NCBI GenBank assembly: GCA_025786725.1
Contig: JAHLTZ010000006.1
Coordinates: forward strand, 1 to 64,000
DNA: 64,000 nucleotides
From: Syncephalis fuscata S228
Taxonomy: Eukaryota; Fungi; Zoopagomycota
Direction: 5' to 3'
Below, piece by piece: positions 51,763 through 64,000 of this stretch. The notes under the pieces were generated by a model. It was not told where the DNA came from, did no database searches, and worked only from the letters and a program-made list of their open reading frames with translations. Every line of letters starts with the position of its first letter. The first letter of the stretch is position 1. The position numbers and the translations under genes were made by a program.

Positions 51763-52489
51763 ATCAGTTATCGTTAAAACATTTGTAAATAAACCATTCA
51801 ATTGATTTACATTTCATTATATAGCTATTCGCCTATTAAATTATTAGTAAATATTATAATTAATACACGTAGTAACAGTAGCTATATAATAGAACATTAA
51901 TAGACAAGAAACATATATCAGATTTGTTGTTATTGTTGTTTACCGATCAATATGAATGTTGAACGCGTGGACAAATAGAAGTGAGGTAGTCGTGGTTGGT
52001 TGGTTGGTTGGAAAGGAGAGGAAGAGAGACAAAGAAGCGAATGGGACTTGTAGAGGAAGCAGTTGATAAAGGTAAGTATAGACACCAAGAATAGCCTCTA
52101 ACACTTACAACTAACGAGTAGATAGATGGATGGACAGGTAGACAGACTACAAACCAACAAATCAACACCGAAAGATACGCATCAACCGATCTTTTCAAAA
52201 CGACCAATGCGCCTATACAATAAAAAATAATGAAAGGCGAGGAGGATGCGAACACCATCAAATAATATTCTAAAAAATCTAAAACAATTCAGTAATAACA
52301 TTTACCAAATATAATAATGACACTAATAACCATTCTATACATCAATTGATATAGAATAACCGTGGTCGATCACCTCAACTATCTGCGCGACTCCACTTTT
52401 GAAAATAACATAGTTGCAATAAACAATAAAAGACTAGCTAATATATAATGAATATATACAGCACTGGTCTTTTTTGAATATATCCTCCA

Positions 52490-55276
52490 TTACCAGACAC
52501 CCGATGGCTTTATCGCAGTGGTAGGTGAATTTACATAGGACCAAGCAGAATTCGCATCATTACCTACTGGATAAGATGATGCAATCATAGATGCATTGTA
52601 AGGTGTATATTCATTGTTGTTATTTCCGTTGCTATTTGAAGATAATGGACCAGACATAGTAGGCGTTGATGTCTCATCTTCAGTGTTAAGGTATGGATGA
52701 TATGGTTGATAATAGTTAGAGCCGTTATTGTTATTATAGTTATGCGTATTACCATGATGGTTGGCCAGGTTTAAATGGTTACTATTATTATTATCTGGTG
52801 TTGATTCATTAAGTGTAGTGTAATGATCGGTCATGTCGTACATTGCTTGTGAGGATGAAGACGAAGGAGAGGAATAATGAGGTGAATGAGGATAGTGGTG
52901 TGGATAATAAGATGATGGCGTTGAAGAGGGAGGTGGCAATGTAGTCTTGTAGCTATTTAGAATCCAGTCATTCATGGAATTGACAGGCCATGATTCAATC
53001 GGTGTGGTCATCATATTAGTGGCATAGCCAGTAACTGCTGCAGCCTTTGATAATGGATCATCATCATCAAGAATATGATCAGCAGTGGCGGCTGCAGCTG
53101 TAGCCATTGTACGTGAACCCAAATCAGACTGACTAAGTGGTGGGGTTATAGGATTGATGGGCGCCATAATGTGTGGGTTGGTCGGCGACAAATCGGATAA
53201 ATTAGGACGAGCATCATCGAGTGATCGACGTGGCAGGATAGCCGTGGTATTAGAACCACCAGCAATGTCTGATACAGGTGTTTCGGTAATCGGCGATACA
53301 GGTGCACTCATAATGCTAGCTGGATAAGGGAATCGATAGTTACTAGCATTACACGTTATCGTCGTTGGACTTTGTTTGGTGGCTGTCTTGGCTAGTTCAA
53401 TCTCTTCTCGTACACGCAATACAAGCTCGGCCTTTTTGCCTCGTGTATCACGATTGTAACGGCGTAAGAGACGCTTTAGCGTTGTTACGGTTACATCATC
53501 AAGATCGACTGAAGTAAGATCGATAGAGGGACGTGATCGGCGCACTGTACCAGGTGCCGATGTGGTATTATCTCCATTGCTGCTTTGAACAAGTGGTGGC
53601 AATGGTAGACGGGCCACCGGTGCAGCCTGTGAAGGGAATATTTTGGGCTGATTCATAATAGCACGGCCTGGTATAGTCAATGGTGCCAATGCGGTCTTCT
53701 TACGATTTGATGCAGGACAGGATTGTGTCACCGTCAACGGTTGTGGCTTCATAAGCAATGGGGGACTGGCGACATTTTGCTTTGGTGAATCACTTTGGCT
53801 GCGATTTACAGGCATGGGTCCTTGAGAGGTGGGCGGTGTCAATGCGCCATCAGATGGTGTTGGATTAGGCGAGTTCCATAGCATCATAGATGGCATAAGC
53901 GGCTGATTGTTGCATTCCTGAGTTGCCGATTGGCCATTGGAAATGGTAATAGCCCGACGACGTGTATTGTTATTACTCTTACTGTTACGCTTTGACGAGG
54001 AAGTGGTAACCTGATTTAGAGAAATATCAAACTTTAGCGTACTTTCAATGCCCAATGAAGCTGGACTAGGACGTGGCTGCTGTTGCGTTGAACTGGTTGA
54101 ACTGGCCCGTGGGCGATTAGGATTATTACCGCCCATGTAGCGTGATCTAATGGCTGCCACTGAACTTGGCTGAGGATTGGCCCGAATAGACAGAGGACGT
54201 GGCGATAAACGACCTGTATTGGTGTCCTTGGCATTACTGCCTGATCGCTTGCTACGTGTACTGGCTGCTTTACCATTACGTTGCTTTTGCTGTAAGCTTC
54301 GTGAACGATTTACGCCGGTTTCGGTAGGATTGGGCAGTATACGGCCTCTAATCGGATCGGTAGAAATAATTGGCTTCTCATTGTTGGAAGGAAGCGAGAC
54401 AGAACGCATATGACCAGGTATAGTCGCTACCGTCTCTAAGGAAGTCTGAGTTGGCATATTCATGGTCATTGTGGTTGCTTCAGGCCAGACGTATACGTTC
54501 TCAGAGTGACCATCATGATAATTGCTATTAGGAATAATATCAGGGAACGGTATCAATGAAGGCGACAGCTCATCTTGCGTCATAAGCATATCGGGCCATC
54601 TTTGCTCGCCTGTAACTGGCGGTGAAGGTGGCGAACTAGACAGTGTCGATGGCATCTGCATCATGGATGTCTGTCCAATCAACATACTTAACGGCATACA
54701 GGAATCAACGATATTCGAGCATGAATCCATAGACAATGTATGGCCTTGTGACATACCACCATGGTGATTAGTTGAAGCCATTAACGAAGGAGATGGTGTA
54801 TGCGACAGCGATTCTCCATGGTTCAGTACACCAGATTGCTGGCTGATCTGCATCTGCATTAGCCATTCGGATAAAGTTGGATCCGGTGACATTTCATGCG
54901 GGGACTGGTAATTAGCAGATACGGGTGTGTTTGATTGATATTCCGTATGAATGGAATCCATAGCAACAGCCGGTAATTCTGGCGTTAAATGATGTACAGA
55001 GTCATTGATAAATGCCGAAGTATCAACCGTCGTGAACGATTGAGGGGATGGCAATGGATTAGTAATGGCGTCCATCGAGCCGGATATAGCGATTGGCGAT
55101 GGCTGGTGGCGTAAAACATGCTCCAAAGCCTCCCATTCTTGATGGAATGACATATCTTGGTCTTGTTGCATCATATACATGCCAGGCTGTTGATTTTGAT
55201 CCCGCGATTGCATAGTATTAAATTGTAGTGCCATATTCAATGAAAGTGGCTGTTCTTGGTGATCCATTGAAAACAA
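52490..55276 (-). CDS. Large low-complexity protein with a SAP motif (putative nuclear regulator); true start uncertain
   Basis: 928-aa ORF; DLDDVTVTTLKRLLRRYNRDTRGKKAELVLRV matches the SAP consensus; a possible acceptor near 55295 suggests an upstream exon. Confidence 0.7.
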   Translation of the reverse strand: MFSMDHQEQPLSLNMALQFNTMQSRDQNQQPGMYMMQQDQDMSFHQEWEALEHVLRHQPSPIAISGSMDAITNPLPSPQSFTTVDTSAFINDSVHHLTPELPAVAMDSIHTEYQSNTPVSANYQSPHEMSPDPTLSEWLMQMQISQQSGVLNHGESLSHTPSPSLMASTNHHGGMSQGHTLSMDSCSNIVDSCMPLSMLIGQTSMMQMPSTLSSSPPSPPVTGEQRWPDMLMTQDELSPSLIPFPDIIPNSNYHDGHSENVYVWPEATTMTMNMPTQTSLETVATIPGHMRSVSLPSNNEKPIISTDPIRGRILPNPTETGVNRSRSLQQKQRNGKAASTRSKRSGSNAKDTNTGRLSPRPLSIRANPQPSSVAAIRSRYMGGNNPNRPRASSTSSTQQQPRPSPASLGIESTLKFDISLNQVTTSSSKRNSKSNNNTRRRAITISNGQSATQECNNQPLMPSMMLWNSPNPTPSDGALTPPTSQGPMPVNRSQSDSPKQNVASPPLLMKPQPLTVTQSCPASNRKKTALAPLTIPGRAIMNQPKIFPSQAAPVARLPLPPLVQSSNGDNTTSAPGTVRRSRPSIDLTSVDLDDVTVTTLKRLLRRYNRDTRGKKAELVLRVREEIELAKTATKQSPTTITCNASNYRFPYPASIMSAPVSPITETPVSDIAGGSNTTAILPRRSLDDARPNLSDLSPTNPHIMAPINPITPPLSQSDLGSRTMATAAAATADHILDDDDPLSKAAAVTGYATNMMTTPIESWPVNSMNDWILNSYKTTLPPPSSTPSSYYPHHYPHSPHYSSPSSSSSQAMYDMTDHYTTLNESTPDNNNSNHLNLANHHGNTHNYNNNNGSNYYQPYHPYLNTEDETSTPTMSGPLSSNSNGNNNNEYTPYNASMIASSYPVGNDANSAWSYVNSPTTAIKPSGVW

Positions 55277-58100
55277 AAAAGGCCAACAAATATCTAGAAA
55301 TGTATTTATAAAGGTTAGTATAAATATCTGCTATTTTACATTAAATAAAATAGACTTTTAACAATTACACACGCTAAATGAAGAAATGCCGTATTGGCAA
55401 TGCAATAATAATAATAAAAAAGCTTAATGGCAATTTAAATTGATTTCAAATTGACAAATGATGATCAATTTGATAGAATTGTTATAACAAGAAAAGGATA
55501 AAATAATAACGCTTTAATAGCGGAGTTCAAGTCATGATACGGCTGAGTATAAATACCAAATTTTTTTAAGTAAATACTAGCACTATGAACCATATATATG
55601 TATATATAACACATCATCCAAACTGGATATTATGGCAACACTTGATATCAATATCAAACAGTGTCTGAGAATATACATACAGATACAGATACATACACAT
55701 ATACATGCACACGTACATACACATACACATACACATATGTATATCAAACATTCAAGGTGGCTATTCATTACAACATAGTGTTGCACTGCTATCTTACCTT
55801 TAATCAGTATTTAACAGCTGGGCTACAAGGCTATTTAGTGGCAAAGATAGGTGTTATGGCCGCTATAGTAAATGTATAAAATATCTCTAGAAAAAAGTAT
55901 TGGCTGTACCAAAAAAGCTAGGGATTTTCGACAGGAAATGTATATATGTTTTGGCCGATATCTATAGACAGATAGAAGGTGTATAGCCAATAAAGGTTAA
56001 AAAATACTAGAACGGAGACGACTACTGTTTGAGATTGGCAAACGGGAGTATATTGAAGACGGAGAAAAAAGTCAAGAAACCTAGTTAATTTGAGAACGTT
56101 GCATAAATTGACAAAGCCCAATTCGACAAGGTTAATAAACAGATAATATCGACGGGTGGTAATAAGGGAAACCGACGTACAAGAAGAACGAGGGATAAGG
56201 AAAAGGGCGAAGAGGAAGAACACGAGACGCTAGTATATTTGTATAGAAGTAAAAAAAGACGTAGTGTTGTAGAAGTAGTTTAATAAGAGAAAAGTCAAGG
56301 CGATGTGTGTGTGTGTGTGTGTGTTGTAGTGATTGAATCTGTGAGTGTAAATAACAACAAAAGCAACAGGCGAATGGAGCAATGTGACACAGACAATATC
56401 TATTTGTGTAGAAAAAAGGAACGGTAAAAACAGCTGGACTGTCAATGATACGACGATGATATCGCTAACTGTAAACGACGATCTATAATGGTAAGCAAGC
56501 ACGGGGTAGTCGTAGTGCTGTTGTTAAGTAGGTAATCGCAAGAAATAATCAAGAAATACTCGGTCGATAATAACAAGATCAAACTGAGTGCTCTATTCTA
56601 AAAATCAGGTGCGTAGAAAGACAGGAACAAGGAAAGAAGGTTCGTCGTATTCCCTTTTTCTATCCAGATATATGTGATAACGAGATGCAGGCTATTGAGC
56701 GAGGCAGTGAGCATGAGTGAGCGAGTGAGTGGAGAATGAAAGTTAATGTAGAATGCAACCGCGTGTCATGAGCAAAGGTGAGCTGTATTTGGAAAGCGGC
56801 GATGATAACAATAGCCTCAATCATAACAATAACAATAGTAATAGTAATAATTTAATATTAATAACAATAGCAATGATTTCAATAGTAGTAATCATGGCCA
56901 TCACACTATGATGACGAGCCATGCAAAGGCTACCTGTTGCTTGATTTTACCGTATCCGATGTCGTCATGAGGGAGAACAGAGGTCACAGATAGTAGAACA
57001 AACAAGTATGCTGGTCTACGCCATTGTCTGGCAAGAATTAAACACTTTATTATCCATAAAAGAACAAGGCTCGGTAATAGTGTCAAGAAAAGCCGTTGCT
57101 ATTCCCGATGTTGCTTGTGCGGCATTGCTTTATATTTTAGGAATATAGGAGTTATATTTATTAAAATAGTAAGATAGGCGATAGCACTTTTGGTGAAAAG
57201 GTAGGCCAGCCAAGAAATGATGGCGTTGTAGAGGAAAGTGAGAGAGCAATAGAACGGTAGTACACAAGTCGGCGTGTCACTCAAAGCGTTCAAAACAGTC
57301 TGGACCTCATTTTTGTTGACTCCTGCAGTTCTCGTTCCAGTTACGCAAGCGTCGAAATATCAAGATAGCACACGGATGCCACAAGCGTAAATTAACCGTA
57401 CGTAAAATGCAGCAATGGCCAACACGTCGAGTGACTGCAGTAACAATGCGAATGGCCATGCCAGCGAATGATGGTCATTACGTCCTATTTGCGTTCAATT
57501 AGGCAAGGTGGCAACGTGCTGTGCTGCTCCATTTGCGGCAATAATGATGCGGTGCCGGCCGGTAGACGGAAAACTTTGTCACTTGCGGTTCTTGCGGTAT
57601 ACATGTGCATGCATTTGAAGCAGCATGGCATGGTGCGGGCTTGCATTAAAATTTACAGGTGCACGGCTAGATGCCTCATTATTCTAAGTGATAGCATAGG
57701 CAGTGGATGGACACCATGCATCTGTTTTTATCTTTTTGCAAAGTTTATGGCAAGATAGTGTGACAGTCGATGGATGGATCATTTTATTGATTTCATTAAT
57801 GATAAAATGAGTATTGTTAAACTTTTAACTTGTAAAGTAATTTACAATAGCGGAGATTGAAATATGTCTTGGCGCATTTGATGTGCTAATCATCTCATTT
57901 TAGACAGCTGTAAAATATTTAAATGTGATTAATAAAACATCAAAATTATTTATAAACATACAATAGTTATAAATGAGTAAAAAAAGCAAAGCTATACCAA
58001 AAATATAACTGTACAAATAAAAAACACCAGCACTACAGTGGTGCTAGAAACAGTAATAATAATAATAGTAATAGGCATAACGATACGTGTACTGTTACCG

Positions 58101-60089
58101 TCATGGAGATGATGTTGTTGAGGTAGGAGCGATATCCTGGTAAGCCGGTGGTTGCTCGCCCTCCACTAGTGCACGTTCAAACACTTTAATACGTAAGTCA
58201 GTAAGTATATCGCGCTTTCGTTGTAGCTCGGCATACACTTGGTGGGCATGATGATTTCGCTGAGCAGCTTGACGACCATGATCATCCAAAACGGCATCCA
58301 TTTGTCCTACAACAGCCATCAGTGCATTATAGAGCCGAGTCATTCGATCTGTGCACTAATTAGCATCACAACTAATATATGTATATATATATCACTTACC
58401 TCGAGTAAATAAATCACCGGTTAGGAAAGAGGCAATTGAGGAAATAAGATCATTTTCATAATCTACAAGACCTGCAGGTATTGTTTCTGGTACACACGGA
58501 TCAAGCACTCGTGCCTGTGCTTGTCGATAGCAAGCTTCGGCAAGCTTTTGCCTTGATGCTAATAATAAATTACGTTAAAGTTATAATAAAGCTGGTTAAA
58601 CTGTAAACAGGCCTACCTCGCATAGGCGCTGTTTGCATATAGCCATTGGTGGTAATGGCACCAAAGATAGATATAGACTCAATACGGTGCAACTGTTCAA
58701 CAACATTGGAAAGTGCATCAGCTAGCGATGACCGTGCAGACTGAAGATGTACGTGAACTGCATCATCGCGTAAAACAACATCTCGAAACTAAATAAATGT
58801 GTTAGAATGTATTAAATAAACATTTGCTTAATAATAAACAAGCTAAATATACTTGCCGAAACATAACGAGCTGTCAATTCTGATAGTTCTGTCTCTAATG
58901 CATCTTCCTCGGGACATTCTGTCGTTATTAAATATTAAATACTACTATTAAATTATCAAATTTACAATGCTAATTACCTGGTGTTGGTCCATTAAAAGAC
59001 TTTAATAAATCAATTATTAATTATTGGTATTTATTCATGACCACATTACTTACTTGATCTACAAATTGTCGTAATGTAGCCCGCATTGCGTCTAATTGCT
59101 GTTTATCGTGCTCAAGTTTACCAATCTTAATGCGTAGCTGTTAGATTTATACAATTGATTAAGCACTAAACAGCAATTCAAGCTTACCTTTTCCGTTGCT
59201 TGTTCTATTTGATCTCGTAATTCCTGAATATGTCTTTCTGTACGCTCAGTCTGTGCTTGGGCAGAAAGATATTCCTGTTCTTTTTTTTCTAAATTACGGT
59301 GTGCATCTCCCTAGTTGTATTTATTAGTCTCTACGTTCGTTTTCTACCTTAAGACTATCTAATTACCGTGAATGCATGTTTGACACGCTTTAATGAAAAA
59401 CGACGCATTTCTCGAACTTTTGATAACAATGAATCACTATTAATATAAACATTAGTTATTACATTTAGTTATTACATTTAATAATTGCTTTAATAAACTT
59501 ACCTACGATGTTGCAAGGCAGAGATCTCTTCAGTCGCACTATTCAGCTGCTCTCTTAGCACATGAAGCTCTTCTCTTCGTGGGCTCAGCTCAACTTCAGC
59601 ATATTCTAATGCTCTTATGCCATTGCTTAGACGTAAATACTCGGCAAGATCCAGTCCTCTGTTGTTCTGTGCAGAAGTAGACGGCGTCTGCCTTTGCGCA
59701 GTTGTGTTTGGCATCGAAAAGGCCGGTGAATGATTAATTGTAGGCATTGTTCTAGTATAGGGCGTCAGCATTGGCATTGGCATCGACGTGGGCACCGACC
59801 CACTGCGAGGAGGATAGGCCGGTGCAATGTGGCCAGCAGAAAAACTACGTGAAGGCGGCGCTGGAGGGAGTGCACGCGGTGGAAGAGCTGGTCCTTCAGC
59901 TAACAGGGACTGCTGTGCAAGTGCAGCACCAGAAGAAAAGTTCGCTGGTGCAATTGAATTGGAAGATTCGTGCCAAGTGTCGCCACCTGACGGAAATCGC
60001 ATAGGATAAAAAGGCGAAGAGCCGTGGCTTTGGTGCTCGGCACTGAAAGGAGTTGAGCGTCCACTGGAGGGAGAGAAAGCAGTCGTCAT
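58101..60089 (-). CDS. Uncharacterised coiled-coil protein with a Pro-rich N-terminus, multi-exon
   Basis: Continuous spliced coding exons with regular introns (FNGPTP|ECPEEDALE etc.); C-terminal PPAY motif. Confidence 0.65.
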
Positions 60090-60601
60090 AGAGATAACAA
60101 TCGTTAAGACGTACCGCAGCGGTGAAGAATGTTTAAGTAAATAAAAATAAAGCAAAGACAGAGCTTATAATAATAGTTCGTCTACCTATGAAAATGGCGT
60201 AGATAGTCAACGTATAAGAATTACAAATGAAAGAATAAAAATGTTCCTAGCTACCATTGATAGTAAGTTTCAAGAGATTTGGCCAAGACCAAAACCTGTC
60301 TATTTTAGGATGTATCGCGGAAAAGGAAAAAGTTCTATCATGCACCCACAAGCAATCATCGGACCACGATTGCAGTTTGACTAATTGGATAATAAACACC
60401 TAGACGTTAAGTATTTTGACTCGGTTATACTTTGCTGCGTTAACTTTAAAGTGGTCTCGTGGTCGTGTGAAACAAAATAATAAAACTGCGTAAAAATTAT
60501 AAATTCAGCCTGATTGACATTTACGACGACGGTACAAGTAAAACAATTTAGATATATATAATTCATAATATGTTATTTATTTACTTGCAATGGGATATAA
60601 T

Positions 60602-62189
60602 TTAATGCTGTTCAGTCATACCACGTTCTGCCTGATGAGTGGCAGCAACATCTTTCTCTTGGTTCATTTCGGCAAATGGATCGCTGTTGCGTCCAACCAT
60701 GTCAACTGGACGACGTTCTGGATGATTAATGTACGAATTGTGATATCCATAGCTAAAGTATATAACAATACCAATAGCCATCCAAATAAACAATCGTTCA
60801 ATTGTTGGGATGGTAGCTGTACCAATCAATCCAAGTGATAATGCTGCGCCAATGCCTGGAATGATAAACGGCCCACCTGGTACTTTGAAACGGCGTTGAG
60901 TGTCTGGTGCAGTATAGCGTAAAATGATTACACCAACATTGACTAGGAAAAAGGCGAGCAACGTGCCAATTGATGTCATTTCACCGAGAACATCAATAGG
61001 CAATACACCGCCGGCAATAGCGCAAATAACACCAGTAATAATTGTAGTAACATATGGTGTACGATATTTAGGATGGATTTTAGCAACAAACTTGGGGAAT
61101 AATCCGTCGTTGGCCATGGCGTAGAAAATACGAGGTTGTCCCATTAAAAGATCAACATTACAGACGTTAAACCAGCAATGGCACCAATGTCGATAATAAT
61201 GACAAGCCATTTCCAGCCCAGTGCCTTTTCGATAGCATAGGTAAGTGGATGAGCAATGTTGAGTTCGTTATAAGGCAAAAGACCAACAAGAATGGTAGCA
61301 ACAGCAATGTAAAGTACGGTGCAGACAACAAGAGAACCAAGAATACCAATTGGCATGTCTCGTTGAGGATTTTTGGCTTCTTGGGAAGCAGATGATACAG
61401 CATCAAAACCGATATAGGCAAAGAATACTACAGTGGATGCAGTGAAAATTCCCTTACCGCCATATTTGCCATCATCGGTACGTGGTGGAATAAATGGTGT
61501 ATAGTAATCGCTATTAACCTTGCTGCAACAGGCAAAGATAAATAGCAAAATAACAATAAGTTTAACAACAACCATAGCAGCGTTGAATCTAGCCGAAGCT
61601 TTGATACCAAATATCAAAACTACAGTAATAGCTAATACAATCACTATGGCAGGTAAATTTATGTAATCGCCTGTAGCCTCGAATGCTTGAGCCTTCTGGT
61701 CAAAACGGACTGGTGCATTGATAAAGTGTGTTGAAAAAGTAGTTCCAGACACAGTTTCCAGAAACGACACCATATAAGCGGCCCAACCAACGGATACGGT
61801 AGCAGAACCAACAAGGTATTCAAGAATTAAATCCCAGCCAATAATCCATGCAAGGAATTCACCCATAGTTGCGTAAGTGTACGTGTAGGCAGATCCGGCA
61901 ACTGGAATCATCGACGAGAGCTCAGAGTATGACAATGCTGCAAATGCGGCAGCAAGACCAGAAATAAGAAACGAAATAACTACAGCGGGACCAGCATAGT
62001 TTGCAGCAGCTGTACCGGTCAATACGAAAATACCAGTACCAATAATGGCACCGATACCCATTCCGGTAAGCTGGATAGCTCCAAGCGATCGAACAAGGTC
62101 GCCATTATGTGCTTGAGCTGCAAGATCGGCCAGAGACTTTCTGGTAGCAAGTTTTCTGCCAACAATACGAGTTTCTCTGAAAATGTCAT
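60602..62189 (-). CDS. APC-superfamily, CAT-type amino-acid permease, intronless
   Basis: GIGAIIGTGIFVLTG, AGPAVVISF, YSELSSMIPVAGSAYTY, FFAYIGFD, EAKNPQRDMPIGI, MGQPRIFYAMANDGL. Apparent 1-nt deletions near 62171 and 61149. Confidence 0.9.
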
Positions 62190-63947
62190 ATAATTTTAAA
62201 AAATAAATCACCGTTATAGAATATACGTAAAAGGTGGCATAAGATAGAAAGATACGGGTTTGGATAGTGTGGTGTAGCTTTTAGTAAATCAATCAACGTT
62301 TAAAGCAGTAGGTTAGACTTGAGAAAGCTAAGATTTCAACGGTGCGATTCAAATAACACAGCAATATAACAATTATATGGAGTGGCAATTTAGAGCAAAA
62401 AGCGGTATGACAATGTGAATAAACGTAAAAAACTTAGCAGTACGAAGTGGCCGTAGTGATTGAAGAAGATAGGTTCGCATTAGTACTATGTAGAAAGCTA
62501 TAAACGCCAACGCATATCACAGCTTTATATTGTTTTCGAAACAAATCATACCGCCATTAGACAGTCCATGGCGTGATCAAATAATTTATGACGCGATTAG
62601 TTCATGGCCCCATTATTTGCCGATGGCTGGGAATAAATCGTTATCTGACTGGCTGTGTAATGACAAACCAAGGCAAACTACACGTCGTTTACTAAAGTTA
62701 ACACCGTCATGAAATGTATATTTTTAAATTATCATAGTATTTAAATCATGATAAGCATGATATCGAAATACAATGAGATAGAATTCTGAGATACTATGGC
62801 GTTTAATATAATCGGTAATCCTAATTACAATAGCCGTGATTTAAAACAACATTCATTATTAATACTATAAAATTGCTGACGATCTCTACTAAACCTTTAC
62901 TACAAAAGTAACGTTGATTAAATAAAGTAGTAAATTGTATTTAGCGCATCACAAATGACAACAACCTTCATTAATGGATAATAATAAAACTTGTTTTTAA
63001 AGAAATATATACCCGCTGAGAATTTATCTTTCAACTTTGGGGACTGAGCAAAAATATTACAAAGTCATGAGAATAAATTTAATTTCTAGAAGCATTTTTA
63101 CGGTCCAGACTTTTAAAAGACATATCAATATAATGGCAAATATGGCTAAGGCGACAGCAAGTGCATCACCGCATTCAATGGGTGTTCTATACTTATAATT
63201 AATAAGCATAGCAACACGCCATGTGACTAGTTTATTCACTCATATGTCGTCATAAATTGCATAATTTAACGATTAAAGTGGCTGAATATTGTTTTAGTTA
63301 TACGGCTGCTCATTAAAGCGAAAAAACACAACAATAATAATGCTGATTAAATTTAATGTTAATATTAGTTACTTGTTAACATCTAATTGATACATAAATA
63401 GTCATAATTGCCTATTATTTTAAACACATTTTTACCCATGCAAACTAAAAGCGCTACATAAAAAAGCAAAAATGAAACGGCGCTCAACTTTCATTATTGA
63501 TAGTCATTTATCATTCACGTAATACAATATTATGAATATTAAAATTATTTTATTATTCAATAAACAATTATAATTATTTTATTTTACCTTCTTTTGGTTA
63601 CAAGAGCTGATTGGTTTATTAGTTGAGCCTGCTGTAATTGACAACTAATAAAGAGAAAATGTATTTACACAATTAACAAGTCAGAATGTCTTGTATTAAA
63701 ATAGGTACACATCTTTAGTTAATTAACCACTAGTAAAATAAGTAAGGCGCAGTCAAAGTAATTACCACTTGAATAATTGGTTATAGTATAAATGCATATG
63801 TAATAAATTGTAAGATTATTTATTTGAGCGAGTAATTTGTTGAATTTTTAAATAATTGAGCCTAATGATCTACTATTAACAACTAGTTGAATATGTGATA
63901 AAAATTAGTCAACTAAATTTCAAAACTAATAATTATTTAAATAAAAT

Positions 63948-64000
63948 AATTTAGATATATATAATTCATATGTTATTTATTTACTTGCAATGGGATATAA
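63948..64000. repeat. Direct copy of 60545-60600 (permease 3' flank)
   Basis: AATTTAGATATATATAATTCATA(ATA)TGTTATTTATTTACTTGCAATGGGATATAA is present at both sites. Confidence 0.85.

Noticed and set aside
55300-57800. Several short ORFs and (CA/TG)n tracts
   Set aside because: Low-complexity sequence, probably the 5' UTR, introns and promoter of the SAP-domain gene; no protein signature.

Overview
AT-rich, gene-dense eukaryotic DNA with many short (~50-85 nt) GT-AG introns. Gene content and style suggest an early-diverging fungus (Zoopagomycota/Mucoromycota-like; inference). Recognisable genes: fasciclin protein, SMC1, RRG9/neugrin, F-box protein, FMT1, steroid 5-alpha-reductase-family protein, CHS5, KXD1, synaptobrevin, an intronless bacterial-type GlyRS, MPH1/FANCM, an F-box-JmjC-APH fusion, MRT4, a TAF3-like histone-fold+PHD protein, EMI1, VPS20, an SMPD4-like protein, PPT2, CHID1, a SAP-domain protein and a CAT-type amino-acid permease. 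Main discovery: at 26478-28571, missed by the ORF track, a secreted-peptide gene whose mature part is encoded by 24 consecutive microexons (21 of 3 nt, 3 of 6 nt), each separated by a copy of one ~80-nt intron repeat. Splicing them gives an open 60-aa precursor, MKFSIAVVCTVFVALIAATAMVDANPALVRRG-NPNSLDCKNCLAGTYQYPESRCNKYCKK*, with a signal peptide, a dibasic RR site and four Cys. The window also holds three TnpB/Fanzor-like relics (20.6-24.8 kb; two form a ~700-bp inverted pair) and two foldback structures (9.1-10.2 kb). Many single-base frameshifts fall in conserved genes and are probably assembly errors.
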